Positions 8,731-16,083 of a DNA stretch of 29,078 nucleotides are shown piece after piece. The notes under the pieces were generated by a model. The model ran no database searches, was not told where the DNA came from, and saw nothing but the letters and a program-made list of their open reading frames with translations. The position numbers were made by a program, and so were the translations under genes. Source of the DNA: a virus (taxonomy: Duplodnaviria > Heunggongvirae > Uroviricota > Caudoviricetes); the IMG/VR virus record IMGVR_UViG_3300042879_005260, positions 93,514-122,591 of that record. One strand, 5' to 3'. Numbering within the stretch: position 1 is the stretch's first letter; each line of letters begins with the position of its first letter.

Positions 8731-9249
8731 ATGAAAAAAATATTAAGCAAATTCTTCAAGAAAAAAGAAAAAAAACATTATTACCCAACAGATGTCTGGT
8801 CAGAAGTCACTGATAAATACAAGTTAAAAGAAAAACTTTGGCATTATGTTAAGGTAAGAGCGAGCGTTGATAAAATAGAGGCAGGTATTGTAATATACGG
8901 AGAGATTTATGGTCCTGGCATTCAACAGAATTATGATTACGGATTAAAAGAGTTAGAATTTGCTGTGTTTGATATAACTTATAATAACAAGTATGATAGT
9001 GTTATTCACACTGAGTATGTTGTTAAAAATGTTTTAAGATTACCTCACGTACCTATTTTATATATCGGTCCTTGGTCTCAAAAAGTACAAGACAAACATG
9101 TATTCAACAATATGATTGAAGGAACTAAAGTACCTCATGAAGGGATTGTGATTAAGCATGTAAGTGGTGAAAGACAAAAAGTGGCAAAAGTGATCAATCC
9201 TGATTACTTAATAGCAAGTGAAAAACATGATTATGGTGATTCCCATTAA
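8731..9249 (+). CDS. RNA ligase (Rnl2/DRB0094-like), C-terminal half
   Basis: Contains YGEIYGPGIQ, FAVFDI, HEGIVIK and KVAKVINPDY (motifs III-V). It has its own ATG and a basic N-terminal extension. Confidence 0.8.
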   Translation: MKKILSKFFKKKEKKHYYPTDVWSEVTDKYKLKEKLWHYVKVRASVDKIEAGIVIYGEIYGPGIQQNYDYGLKELEFAVFDITYNNKYDSVIHTEYVVKNVLRLPHVPILYIGPWSQKVQDKHVFNNMIEGTKVPHEGIVIKHVSGERQKVAKVINPDYLIASEKHDYGDSH

Positions 9250-9305
9250 TTTTTTTGTAAAATTAAAAAATTGTAGTATCTTTGTTCTCACAAAAATTAA
9301 AAACT

Positions 9306-9575
9306 ATGTTTATAATAAATTACGTATTTGTCGCAATACTGGACGGTAGCCCAATTGCGGCTGCTCACACAAAAGCCGATATCGAAGAAATGTTGGATGA
9401 ATATAATGGTGTTAAAACTGGACATGCTGAACTTGTAAAATATGAACCTTATAACAGTAAGTACCCAAGTATAAACGACCTTGAAGGTGTTTACACTTAT
9501 AAAGATAAAGACGGTGAGTATGAAATAAAAGTTTACGGTACTGAATATAAAAGAGAAAAACAAATTAATGATTGA
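9306..9575 (+). CDS. Hypothetical protein at the left edge of the cassette array
   Basis: ATG at 9306 after a Bacteroidota-type promoter. The 3' end ATTGAACCTAAC is cassette-like, but no matching 5' arm was found. Confidence 0.7.
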   Translation: MFIINYVFVAILDGSPIAAAHTKADIEEMLDEYNGVKTGHAELVKYEPYNSKYPSINDLEGVYTYKDKDGEYEIKVYGTEYKREKQIND

Positions 9576-9668
9576 ACCTAACGGTTGGGTGTATATGTAG
9601 TTTTTTTTGTAGAAAGTTTCAAATTAATTTTTTTGTTTGATAAAAATGTTGTATATTTGTTGTTATAA
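9576..9668. repeat. attC-like site S1 (hybrid, poorly paired arms)
   Basis: ACCTAAC-GGTTGGGTGTATATGTAG ... TATATTTGTT-GTTATAA. The left and right arms come from different families. Confidence 0.6.
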
Positions 9669-9778
9669 ATATGTGATGGTGAAATAGCGACACAGCAACT
9701 GCCACGTGATTTGTGGAACAACAGTAAGACACGTAGTTGGTTAAATACCGAGCATCCTTCACCATCATTATTTATAAC
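9662..9778 (+). ncRNA. ORF-less cassette body; structured, possibly tRNA-derived
   Basis: About 21-nt terminal inverted repeat (GTTATAAATATGTGATGGTGAA / TTCACCATCATTATTTATAAC), internal stems, no ORF. Confidence 0.4.
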
Positions 9779-9900
9779 GGTTGGGTGTATATGTAGTGTG
9801 AGATTAGAACCACTACACTTGATTTAACCACAAATGTTTATTAGAAATAGAAATTTGAATATATCACTTAACCTCACATTACATATACACCTTGTTATGT
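9772..9900. repeat. attC-like site S2
   Basis: Arms GGTGTATATGTAGTGTGAG / CTCACATTACATATACACC; close homolog of S25. Confidence 0.85.
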
Positions 9901-9969
9901 GTAGTAATTTTGTGGGTGGGATTTGGGCTAAAATTTAATTTCTGAATATTTATATATAAAGATAAAACT

Positions 9970-10452
9970 ATGAGTAAAGAAATGAGAAACCATATAGATA
10001 AGTTTAAGAATTTTTTGTTGAAGGAACAAGATGAAAATTCAAATTTTGAGGATTTTGAAGGTGTTAATGAACATACTTTTATTCTTTACTTTGATGTAAG
10101 TGCTGGAAACATACCACAATCTGAATATGATGATGTTCTTCATCGTGCTTTGATTGAAGAATTTGATGGGTTTGGAAACACTTTTTACTTAAAAGATTAC
10201 TTTACTTCTACTAATCCAAGTTTTGAAGTTAAAATAATTAAAAACGAGTGGATTGGTAATAAAAACCACGTTTTTGATTATATAAAAACTACAATAAAGG
10301 TGGAGATACCAAAATATGAAGATTTTACTATTGAAGATGTTGAAGAAACTATCAAAAATAAGTTAGGTAGTTTTTATCATCGTTGGAATATATCATACGA
10401 TGAAACAGAAAAAGTTCATATATGGTTGAAGAAATTAGAAAGGGTCGGGTAA
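9970..10452 (+). CDS. Cassette gene with MSKEMR...LLKE leader
   Basis: 160 aa. Body termini GTTATGTGTAGTAATTTT / AAAATTATTACACATAAC. ATATTTATA at 9946. Confidence 0.8.
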   Translation: MSKEMRNHIDKFKNFLLKEQDENSNFEDFEGVNEHTFILYFDVSAGNIPQSEYDDVLHRALIEEFDGFGNTFYLKDYFTSTNPSFEVKIIKNEWIGNKNHVFDYIKTTIKVEIPKYEDFTIEDVEETIKNKLGSFYHRWNISYDETEKVHIWLKKLERVG

Positions 10453-10463
10453 AAAATTATTAC

Positions 10464-10548
10464 ACATAACGGTTACAAATATGAGAAGTAAATTTTATCT
10501 ATAAAAATTAGATAAATCAAAATTTATTTCTTATATTTGTTGTTATAT
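10464..10548. repeat. attC-like site S3
   Basis: CAAATATGAGAAGTAAATTTT / AAAATTTATTTCTTATATTTG; same family as S11 and S21. Confidence 0.85.
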
Positions 10549-10589
10549 TTAGTTTTGATTTTGTTTTACCTTATAAAAAAATAAATAAT

Positions 10590-10916
10590 ATGGAAAATAT
10601 AGTAAGTCACACTGTTCATTATCTTAAAAGAGTTGGTGAACCTAAAACAACAGATTTTAATTCTGAAATGAAAGAACAGAAATTAGAAATTGAAGCAAGA
10701 ATATCAATAAAACAGTCTTTAGAATTTTGTTCTTTTTTAAGCAGTATTGCAAATAACAAAGGGAGAAATGATGGAACTATTAACGGTAAAACTTTATCAA
10801 TAATTTCCAACTGGTATGATGTAAATGGTGGTTCAATTACAATAAACCATATCTATGGAAAAAGTGTAAGCAATAAAACAAGTTACTACACAATAACTTG
10901 GAGTAAAGAATTATAG
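10590..10916 (+). CDS. Cassette gene, hypothetical
   Basis: 108-aa ORF inside a cassette body. Confidence 0.7.
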   Translation: MENIVSHTVHYLKRVGEPKTTDFNSEMKEQKLEIEARISIKQSLEFCSFLSSIANNKGRNDGTINGKTLSIISNWYDVNGGSITINHIYGKSVSNKTSYYTITWSKEL

Positions 10917-10932
10917 TCAAATAATACGATAA

Positions 10933-11118
10933 ATGAAAAATATAGTATCAACATACGATAAGAGTAAAAATACAAGGGGAGGCACTCGGCAAGGGTCGGG
11001 TGCTAAACCTAAATACAATGAGCAAACTAAAACGGTTGCTTTTCGCTGTCCGCTGTCAAAAGTTGATGAACTGAAATTTATTGTCAAGTCTAAACTTTCG
11101 GAGTGGTCGGTAAAATAG
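10933..11118 (+). CDS. Small basic protein (RGGTRQGSGAKPK), possibly DNA-binding or RHH-like
   Basis: 61 aa; a Gly/Arg-rich N-terminus followed by a TVAFRCP strand and a helix. Confidence 0.55.
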   Translation: MKNIVSTYDKSKNTRGGTRQGSGAKPKYNEQTKTVAFRCPLSKVDELKFIVKSKLSEWSVK

Positions 11119-11119
11119 C

Positions 11120-11249
11120 AGCTAACGTCTGATGATAAACAATCGTTTTAATGTTGTTTATCGGTTGGGTGTATGAGAAGGTTTGCTTGTAGAAACTTTC
11201 AAATTACCACAACTATTGATAGCAAACTTTCTTATACACCTTGTTATAC
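11120..11249. repeat. attC-like site S4 (fusion of a truncated 54-bp-family site with an S14/S19-family site)
   Basis: ...ATGTTGTTTATC is joined directly to GGTTGGGTGTATGAGAAGG...; the ATTTGTT...AA stretch between them is missing. Confidence 0.75.
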
Positions 11250-11368
11250 ACAGTACGGTTTAATTAGGTAGAATGTTGATACGAAGAACGAATAAAAACT
11301 TTTTAAAAAAGTGAGGTGGGGAAATTTAATTTCTGAATATTTCTATATAAGATAAACTATTTATAAAT

Positions 11369-11938
11369 ATGAAACAAGATAGAAGAATACATAATTTCAT
11401 TAAAACTACTATAAGAGAGTTTGTAAATGAACAACCTAATAATAATGATATGGAAAATTTATTGAAAAAAGCGTTAGATGATGCTTTTATAAAACTTGAA
11501 AATCAAGTACCACAAACAAAAAAGAAAACTGAAACTATCAGTATTCAAGATGTAAAACCATCACAATTATTATCATTTATGAAATCAAATGATATACCAA
11601 ATGATGCTTATTTTACTGGGACAGATAATGGATATGATGGTTGGAATGATATTGTATTGGCTTGGGAAGTCGATGTACCAACCACAGAAAAGGAAAAGTT
11701 GGAATATAAAAATAGACGTTTCCACGATATTGCTTTTAAAAGTGTATATGATTTATTGACACCAAATGGTTATAAAAGAACTTCAGGACAGGATAGAGGT
11801 AGAATAAGTTATAGAAAATCAAGTTATGCTTCACATATTATTATGTTTGATAATAAAACGGTATATGAAATGTATATGGATAAAGATTTCAACTCGTTAT
11901 TAGAATATTATTCTATGTATTTTAAAAAAGAAGGGTAG
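11369..11938 (+). CDS. Cassette gene with IKTTIREFVNE leader
   Basis: 189 aa. The 5' UTR, leader and 3' UTR are shared with 23660..23950. Confidence 0.8.
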   Translation: MKQDRRIHNFIKTTIREFVNEQPNNNDMENLLKKALDDAFIKLENQVPQTKKKTETISIQDVKPSQLLSFMKSNDIPNDAYFTGTDNGYDGWNDIVLAWEVDVPTTEKEKLEYKNRRFHDIAFKSVYDLLTPNGYKRTSGQDRGRISYRKSSYASHIIMFDNKTVYEMYMDKDFNSLLEYYSMYFKKEG

Positions 11939-11996
11939 GGAAATTTTAAAAAGTTTTTCTCACTAAACTTAATTTGAAACGATAATGTAGTATTGT

Positions 11997-12127
11997 GTAT
12001 AACGGCTGACGATATGTGAAGGTGGGGATTATAAGTGCTAAACCCAGACTTACCAACAAAAGTAAATTAGATGCACAAATCTATGGATTTGGAACAAGCC
12101 CCCACTTTCATATATTGTTTGTTATAG
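11997..12127. repeat. attC-like site S5
   Basis: GATATGTGAAGGTGGGG / CCCCCACTTTCATATATT arms between GTATAAC and GTTATAG. Confidence 0.8.
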
Positions 12128-12147
12128 GGCGTTTAAATCAATAAATT

Positions 12148-12363
12148 ATGAGTGATGCAATGAGTGAAATTTACAAAGCTGAAAGAGAATATGAAAGAGA
12201 ATATTCTAAATGGAAGGAACAATTAGGTAAATCAGAAAAATTAGCGGATGAATACCAAAATATTTCTGATGAAATAGATGAAACTAATAGAGAATATAAA
12301 AGAAAATTGAACGATTTAATATCTAAATTAGAATTTGTTAAAGAGCAAATAAATGCCCTATAA
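12148..12363 (+). CDS. Cassette gene, short coiled-coil protein
   Basis: 71 aa. The stop TAA lies inside the CTATAAC core. Confidence 0.75.
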   Translation: MSDAMSEIYKAEREYEREYSKWKEQLGKSEKLADEYQNISDEIDETNREYKRKLNDLISKLEFVKEQINAL

Positions 12364-12411
12364 CGTCCGATGATAAACAATCGTTTTAATGTTGTTTATC
12401 ATTTGTTATAA
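12358..12411. repeat. attC-like site S6 (54-bp minimal family)
   Basis: ATGATAAACAA-TCGTTTTAATG-TTGTTTATCAT. Confidence 0.85.
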
Positions 12412-12448
12412 GTATGTAAAATTTAATCATAGTAAAAACTTAAATAGA

Positions 12449-12709
12449 ATGGAAATAAAAGATTTAAACGAAGTCGTTAAATACTTCAAGGAATATACAA
12501 GCAGAGAAGATGGTAAATACTTCTTTCACAAAGAAAATGACAATTTTAAGATTATCATATCAACGGACAATGAATTATATCAATTAAATACTGACCACGA
12601 ACCTTGGGGTATTGAAATTGATACAATAGATAATCTTAAAATTAGGTTTAAATCTTTTACTGGTGAAAATATAGAAGACATTACAAATAGATTTTGGGAT
12701 GAAGATTAA
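12449..12709 (+). CDS. Cassette gene, hypothetical
   Basis: Start moved to the ATG at 12449 (MEIKDL). Body termini GTTATAAGTA / TACTTATAAC. Confidence 0.7.
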   Translation: MEIKDLNEVVKYFKEYTSREDGKYFFHKENDNFKIIISTDNELYQLNTDHEPWGIEIDTIDNLKIRFKSFTGENIEDITNRFWDED

Positions 12710-12719
12710 ATTTTATTAC

Positions 12720-12852
12720 TTATAACGTTTTGCAGATAGGCGATGTGGCGGATTTTGAAACACAAAATTTGAAAATATGATACGAAGATTATTTGAAAAA
12801 CTAAAGCTGATTAAACCACGTCAGCCGCACTTGCCACAAACCAATGTTAGCG
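12720..12852. repeat. attC-like site S7 (loop carries a start codon)
   Basis: GGCGATGTGGCGG / CCGCACTTGCC arms; ATG at 12777 inside the site. Confidence 0.75.
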
Positions 12853-13055
12853 GTTCGGTTGTTTTAGTTAGTGATATTTTGTCTGAACAGCAAATAAATA
12901 GGGCAATTTTGTACTATACTAAACACAAAGAATACGTTGACGATATGGTTAAATTAACGAAAAATGCTTTTGAACCATCACAGATAGAGGACAAAAATGA
13001 CCCTATGTTATGGAAAGCTGAATATTGGAAGTGGTTTTTAACAACTGACCGCTAA
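12777..13055 (+). CDS. Cassette gene starting inside the hairpin (PHLPQTN-V-SGS junction)
   Basis: The GTT core at 12846 is read in frame as Val; the stop lies in the CGCTAAC core. Confidence 0.7.
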   Translation: MIRRLFEKLKLIKPRQPHLPQTNVSGSVVLVSDILSEQQINRAILYYTKHKEYVDDMVKLTKNAFEPSQIEDKNDPMLWKAEYWKWFLTTDR

Positions 13056-13143
13056 CGGTTGCAAATATATGTAGGTTTTTATTTGGAAATCTCAAATATT
13101 TGTACTACCTTTGTAAAAAACTTACATATATTTGTTGTTATAA
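13050..13143. repeat. attC-like site S8 with a Bacteroidota-type promoter in its loop
   Basis: CAAATATATGTAGG / CTTACATATATTTG arms. TTTG at 13082, N20, TACCTTTG at 13106. Confidence 0.85.
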
Positions 13144-13155
13144 AACGTTTTTATT

Positions 13156-13455
13156 ATGGAAAATTTAGAATTTCAAATTAAAAAATTAGGGACACTTAAT
13201 TATTCGAGATTAGAATCTTTGAGTATTTTAAGGAAAGAAATAAACTCTTATGACTATAATTATACTATGTCAGAAGTGAAAGAATTGTTAGATTCTATCT
13301 TGAATAATAACTTTGAAGAACGTTTTAATTTGGAATTCAAGGTGTGTTTCGATAAAATATTTAATTGTAATGAATATACTGAATATGATAATTATCCAAC
13401 TGAACAAAATTTTCCAGAAGATTGGATTCCACCAATTGGGCAAAATGTTTTATAA
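13156..13455 (+). CDS. Cassette gene, hypothetical
   Basis: 99 aa; the stop lies in the TTATAAC core. Confidence 0.75.
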   Translation: MENLEFQIKKLGTLNYSRLESLSILRKEINSYDYNYTMSEVKELLDSILNNNFEERFNLEFKVCFDKIFNCNEYTEYDNYPTEQNFPEDWIPPIGQNVL

Positions 13456-13541
13456 CGGTTGGGTATATGTGAAGTACCTTACCACAAACTTTAAAATTTA
13501 GTAGAAACTTTATGAGGTATTTCACATATACCTTGTTATAA
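13450..13541. repeat. attC-like site S9
   Basis: GGTATATGTGAAGTACCT / AGGTATTTCACATATACC. Confidence 0.85.
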
Positions 13542-13552
13542 ACTGTAAAATT

Positions 13553-13720
13553 ATGACTGTACAAGATTTGATTGAAACACTATCCAAAATGGATAAAGAT
13601 AAGATTGTTATAATAACTGAACCAAGTGGAATAGGTTGGACTAACATTGGTAAAGTAGTAGAAGGTGAATGTGATGTTAAAATAATAGAAGATGATAATG
13701 GACTATTCCACGAGTCATAA
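13553..13720 (+). CDS. Cassette gene, 55 aa (absent from the ORF track)
   Basis: Translated by hand as MTVQDLIETLSKMDKDKIVIITEPSGIGW...LFHES*. It fills the body 13535-13736. Confidence 0.65.
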   Translation: MTVQDLIETLSKMDKDKIVIITEPSGIGWTNIGKVVEGECDVKIIEDDNGLFHES

Positions 13721-13729
13721 TTTTATTGT

Positions 13730-13861
13730 TTATAACGGTTCACAGATTGCTTTAGTTGCGAATTTAAAAACGAAAAATTATGATAACACAGAGAGAATAT
13801 TTAGAAGCACAAAAGATTGTTGATGCGTACCACTCGCAATTGAAGCAATCTGTTGTTAGCA
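13730..13861. repeat. attC-like site S10 (loop carries a start codon)
   Basis: CAGATTGCTTTAGTTGCGA / TCGCAATTGAAGCAATCTG. Confidence 0.85.
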
Positions 13862-14031
13862 CCAGTGATTTATCGCTTAATCAAAAAGTAAAACGTAATT
13901 ATCCTGAAAGTTGGGATTATTGGGTTACTGAAATACAAGGCGAAGATGTGCTAATACGAACTACCGAAAGTGAAGATGACCCCAAGTATGATGATTTTTG
14001 GGTGAATATCGCTGAACTTCGCCTTGTTTAA
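13780..14031 (+). CDS. Cassette gene starting inside the hairpin (LKQSV-V-STS junction)
   Basis: The GTT core at 13855 is in frame. Confidence 0.7.
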   Translation: MITQREYLEAQKIVDAYHSQLKQSVVSTSDLSLNQKVKRNYPESWDYWVTEIQGEDVLIRTTESEDDPKYDDFWVNIAELRLV

Positions 14032-14038
14032 TCATTGG

Positions 14039-14123
14039 TGCTAACGTTTGCAAATATGAGAAGTAAATTTTACCTCTGAAAATTTTTTATTTCAAAATTT
14101 ATTTCTCATATTTGTTGTTATAT
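14039..14123. repeat. attC-like site S11
   Basis: CAAATATGAGAAGTAAATTTT / AAAATTTATTTCTCATATTTG. Confidence 0.85.
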
Positions 14124-14146
14124 TTAGTATCAAAAATTATTAACAC

Positions 14147-14386
14147 ATGGAAAATATAAAAAAATCATTAGAAGTATTAGCTAAGGTTGCTAATCATAGA
14201 GCAGTAGTAAATGACTTTGCTCGTAGTAAGTATATTGAAAGATTTGGTAATAAAGAAAAACCGATTGGAACATATCACGCTTATGATGGATATGATATAA
14301 TATCTGAAACAAAACTGAAAGTGAAATATACTTACGGTGCTGGTGATATGGACTTCAATGATTTTTTTATTATAGAATTTGAATAA
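14147..14386 (+). CDS. Cassette gene next to the attI-like site
   Basis: 79 aa. Body termini GTTATATTTAGTATCAAAAATT / AATTTTTGATATTGAATATAAC. Confidence 0.75.
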   Translation: MENIKKSLEVLAKVANHRAVVNDFARSKYIERFGNKEKPIGTYHAYDGYDIISETKLKVKYTYGAGDMDFNDFFIIEFE

Positions 14387-14399
14387 TTTTTGATATTGA

Positions 14400-14433
14400 A
14401 TATAACTAGATTATATATGTAATAACCCTTAAC
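14400..14433 (-). other. Candidate attI-like site
   Basis: The core ATATAAC is not followed by a hairpin. The minus strand shows three GTT heptamers (GTTAAGG 14427-33, GTTATTA 14420-26, GTTATAT 14400-06), ending 9 nt before the recombinase ATG. Confidence 0.5.
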
Positions 14434-14442
14434 TTATTATAA

Positions 14443-15249
14443 ATGAACGCAAAAGGAGTTTCAACTTTAAAGATTTGTGAGCAAAAGCTTAATTATCTAA
14501 ACTATTCAATTCGAACAAGGAATAACTATCTTTCACACATAGGTAAATTTTTAAAATCGCAAGAAAAATCTGCCTTACATTTGAATTCACAAGACTTCCA
14601 GTCCTATTTAGATAATTATCAATTCACCTCAGTTTCACAACAAAATCAAGTAATAAACGCAATCAGATTCCTCTACAAATTTGGTCTTAATAAAAAATAT
14701 GATAAAGTCAGTTTCAAAAGACCTAAATCAGAAAAGAAACTACCAAAAGTAGTTGATGGGGAATTTATTAAGACTCAACTATCTAAGATTGAAAATCTCA
14801 AACATAAAGCTATACTCACCTTAACCTTTTCAGTCGGACTCAGAGTATCTGAACTAGTTAGTCTCAAAATCGAAGATGTTGATTCAAAGAGAATGCTTAT
14901 CCATATCAAAAATGGAAAAGGTAGAAAAGATAGAATTGTTCCACTTTCTGAAACTGTATTAACTCTATTAAGAGAATACTTCAAACGACATAGGCCAAAG
15001 GAATATTTGTTTAATGGTCAAAACTCAACACAGTATTCAATAGGTTCCTGTCAGAAGCTATATAAAAAATATATTGATCCTACTGGACACATTCACACTC
15101 TGAGGCATTCGTGTTTTACAAACTTATTGGAGAATGGAACAGATTTAAGGATAATACAAAAAATAGCAGGCCATTCTAATGTAAAAACCACAGAGATTTA
15201 TACACATGTAAGTACTCAGTTATTAAACAAAATTTTACCACCAATTTAA
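14443..15249 (+). CDS. Tyrosine recombinase (XerD/integron-integrase-like) without the IntI-specific insertion
   Basis: N-terminal SAM-like domain. Catalytic residues R (GLRVSE), K (KGRKDR), HxxR (HTLRHS), H (AGHS) and Y (TTEIYTH). Only a short RHRPKEYLF segment follows KDRIVPL. Confidence 0.92.
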   Translation: MNAKGVSTLKICEQKLNYLNYSIRTRNNYLSHIGKFLKSQEKSALHLNSQDFQSYLDNYQFTSVSQQNQVINAIRFLYKFGLNKKYDKVSFKRPKSEKKLPKVVDGEFIKTQLSKIENLKHKAILTLTFSVGLRVSELVSLKIEDVDSKRMLIHIKNGKGRKDRIVPLSETVLTLLREYFKRHRPKEYLFNGQNSTQYSIGSCQKLYKKYIDPTGHIHTLRHSCFTNLLENGTDLRIIQKIAGHSNVKTTEIYTHVSTQLLNKILPPI

Positions 15250-15268
15250 TTTTTACTATTTTTGTTAT

Positions 15269-15805
15269 ATGAAATCAAACTGTTGTAACCAAAAAGTGGT
15301 AAAATATACCAACGATGATAATTTATTTTATTGCCCCAAATGCTTATGTCTTGTTGCTTTTAAAAAGAAAAGTTATAACATAGTAGTTACCATTATCTTA
15401 TTTATCTTTTTTTCTTTTATTTCACTGGAAGTATTAGCTCCAAAAAATTTAAATAAAAAATTAAAAGGAATTGTTAATACCGATCTTGAATTAAACGATT
15501 CTTGTTTAATGGCTTACATGAATGAAATTGATATTTTATTTCCTGAATTGGTTTTACAACAAATACACTGGGAGTCTGCTCATTTTAAATCAAAAATATG
15601 TCTAGAAAATCATAATTTGTTGGGTATTAAATATATTAAACAAAAAGAATCTATCGGTGAAAATCGTGGTCATGCAGTTTTTCCAACCTATAAATCTTGT
15701 TTACGTGATTACAAACGTTTACAACAGTATTATATCGGCAATCTAGTTGGGAAGTATGCGGAAGATCCAACTTACGGTAAAAAATTATTTAACTATGGAA
15801 AATAA
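15269..15805 (+). CDS. Putative GH73/lysozyme-fold muramidase with N-terminal Zn-ribbon and TM segment
   Basis: CC...CPKC, hydrophobic IVVTIILFIFFSFISL, QQIHWESAHF...NHNLLGIK and YAEDPTY. Confidence 0.55.
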   Translation: MKSNCCNQKVVKYTNDDNLFYCPKCLCLVAFKKKSYNIVVTIILFIFFSFISLEVLAPKNLNKKLKGIVNTDLELNDSCLMAYMNEIDILFPELVLQQIHWESAHFKSKICLENHNLLGIKYIKQKESIGENRGHAVFPTYKSCLRDYKRLQQYYIGNLVGKYAEDPTYGKKLFNYGK

Positions 15806-16067
15806 AATAAACGAAAACGACAAAAAAAATCAGTATGATTCGTATTGTCCTGTTTGTTCAGGATGTGGTGAAGAAGGCTGTTGTCCGCCTTTAGTATGTA
15901 AACAGTCACCTGATGGGCATTATTGTCAGACCTACCTTGACCATTTAAAATTTGTTTATTTAATGTATAATTCAGTTTACGAATTAATACCCAAGGACGA
16001 AGAAACGCAAAAAAAGTTAGATGAGATTTGGAAAAAAAATTACGATTTAATTTATATAACAAAATAA
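15795..16067 (+). CDS. Cys-rich hypothetical protein
   Basis: CPVCSGCGEEGCCPPLVC; ATG at 15795. Confidence 0.7.
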   Translation: MENKINENDKKNQYDSYCPVCSGCGEEGCCPPLVCKQSPDGHYCQTYLDHLKFVYLMYNSVYELIPKDEETQKKLDEIWKKNYDLIYITK

Positions 16068-16083
16068 AATATTATAAAAAAAC

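Larger units (their letters stand above)
9576..14433 (-). mobile_element. Integron-like cassette array 1 (11 attC-like hairpins, 11 cassette bodies, attI-like end next to the recombinase)
   Basis: Alternating AAC-hairpin-GTT sites and bodies with self-complementary termini. The strand is given in the canonical integron sense; the genes are on +. Confidence 0.85.

Noticed and set aside
7840-8760. Group I intron or intein in the RNA ligase
   Set aside because: No recognisable P7/catalytic core and no in-frame intein ends; the 3' spacer is short and nearly all A/T. Not excluded without RT-PCR or a covariance search.
9662-9778. Functional tRNA-Gly(GCC)
   Set aside because: The acceptor and anticodon stems do not pair adequately; kept only as a tRNA-like remnant hypothesis. 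No intact tRNA or rRNA gene was recognised in the window.
14443-15249. Gene symbol intI or xerD; prophage integrase
   Set aside because: It lacks the IntI-specific insertion, and no dif or attP/attL context or lysogeny module is visible, so no symbol was assigned.
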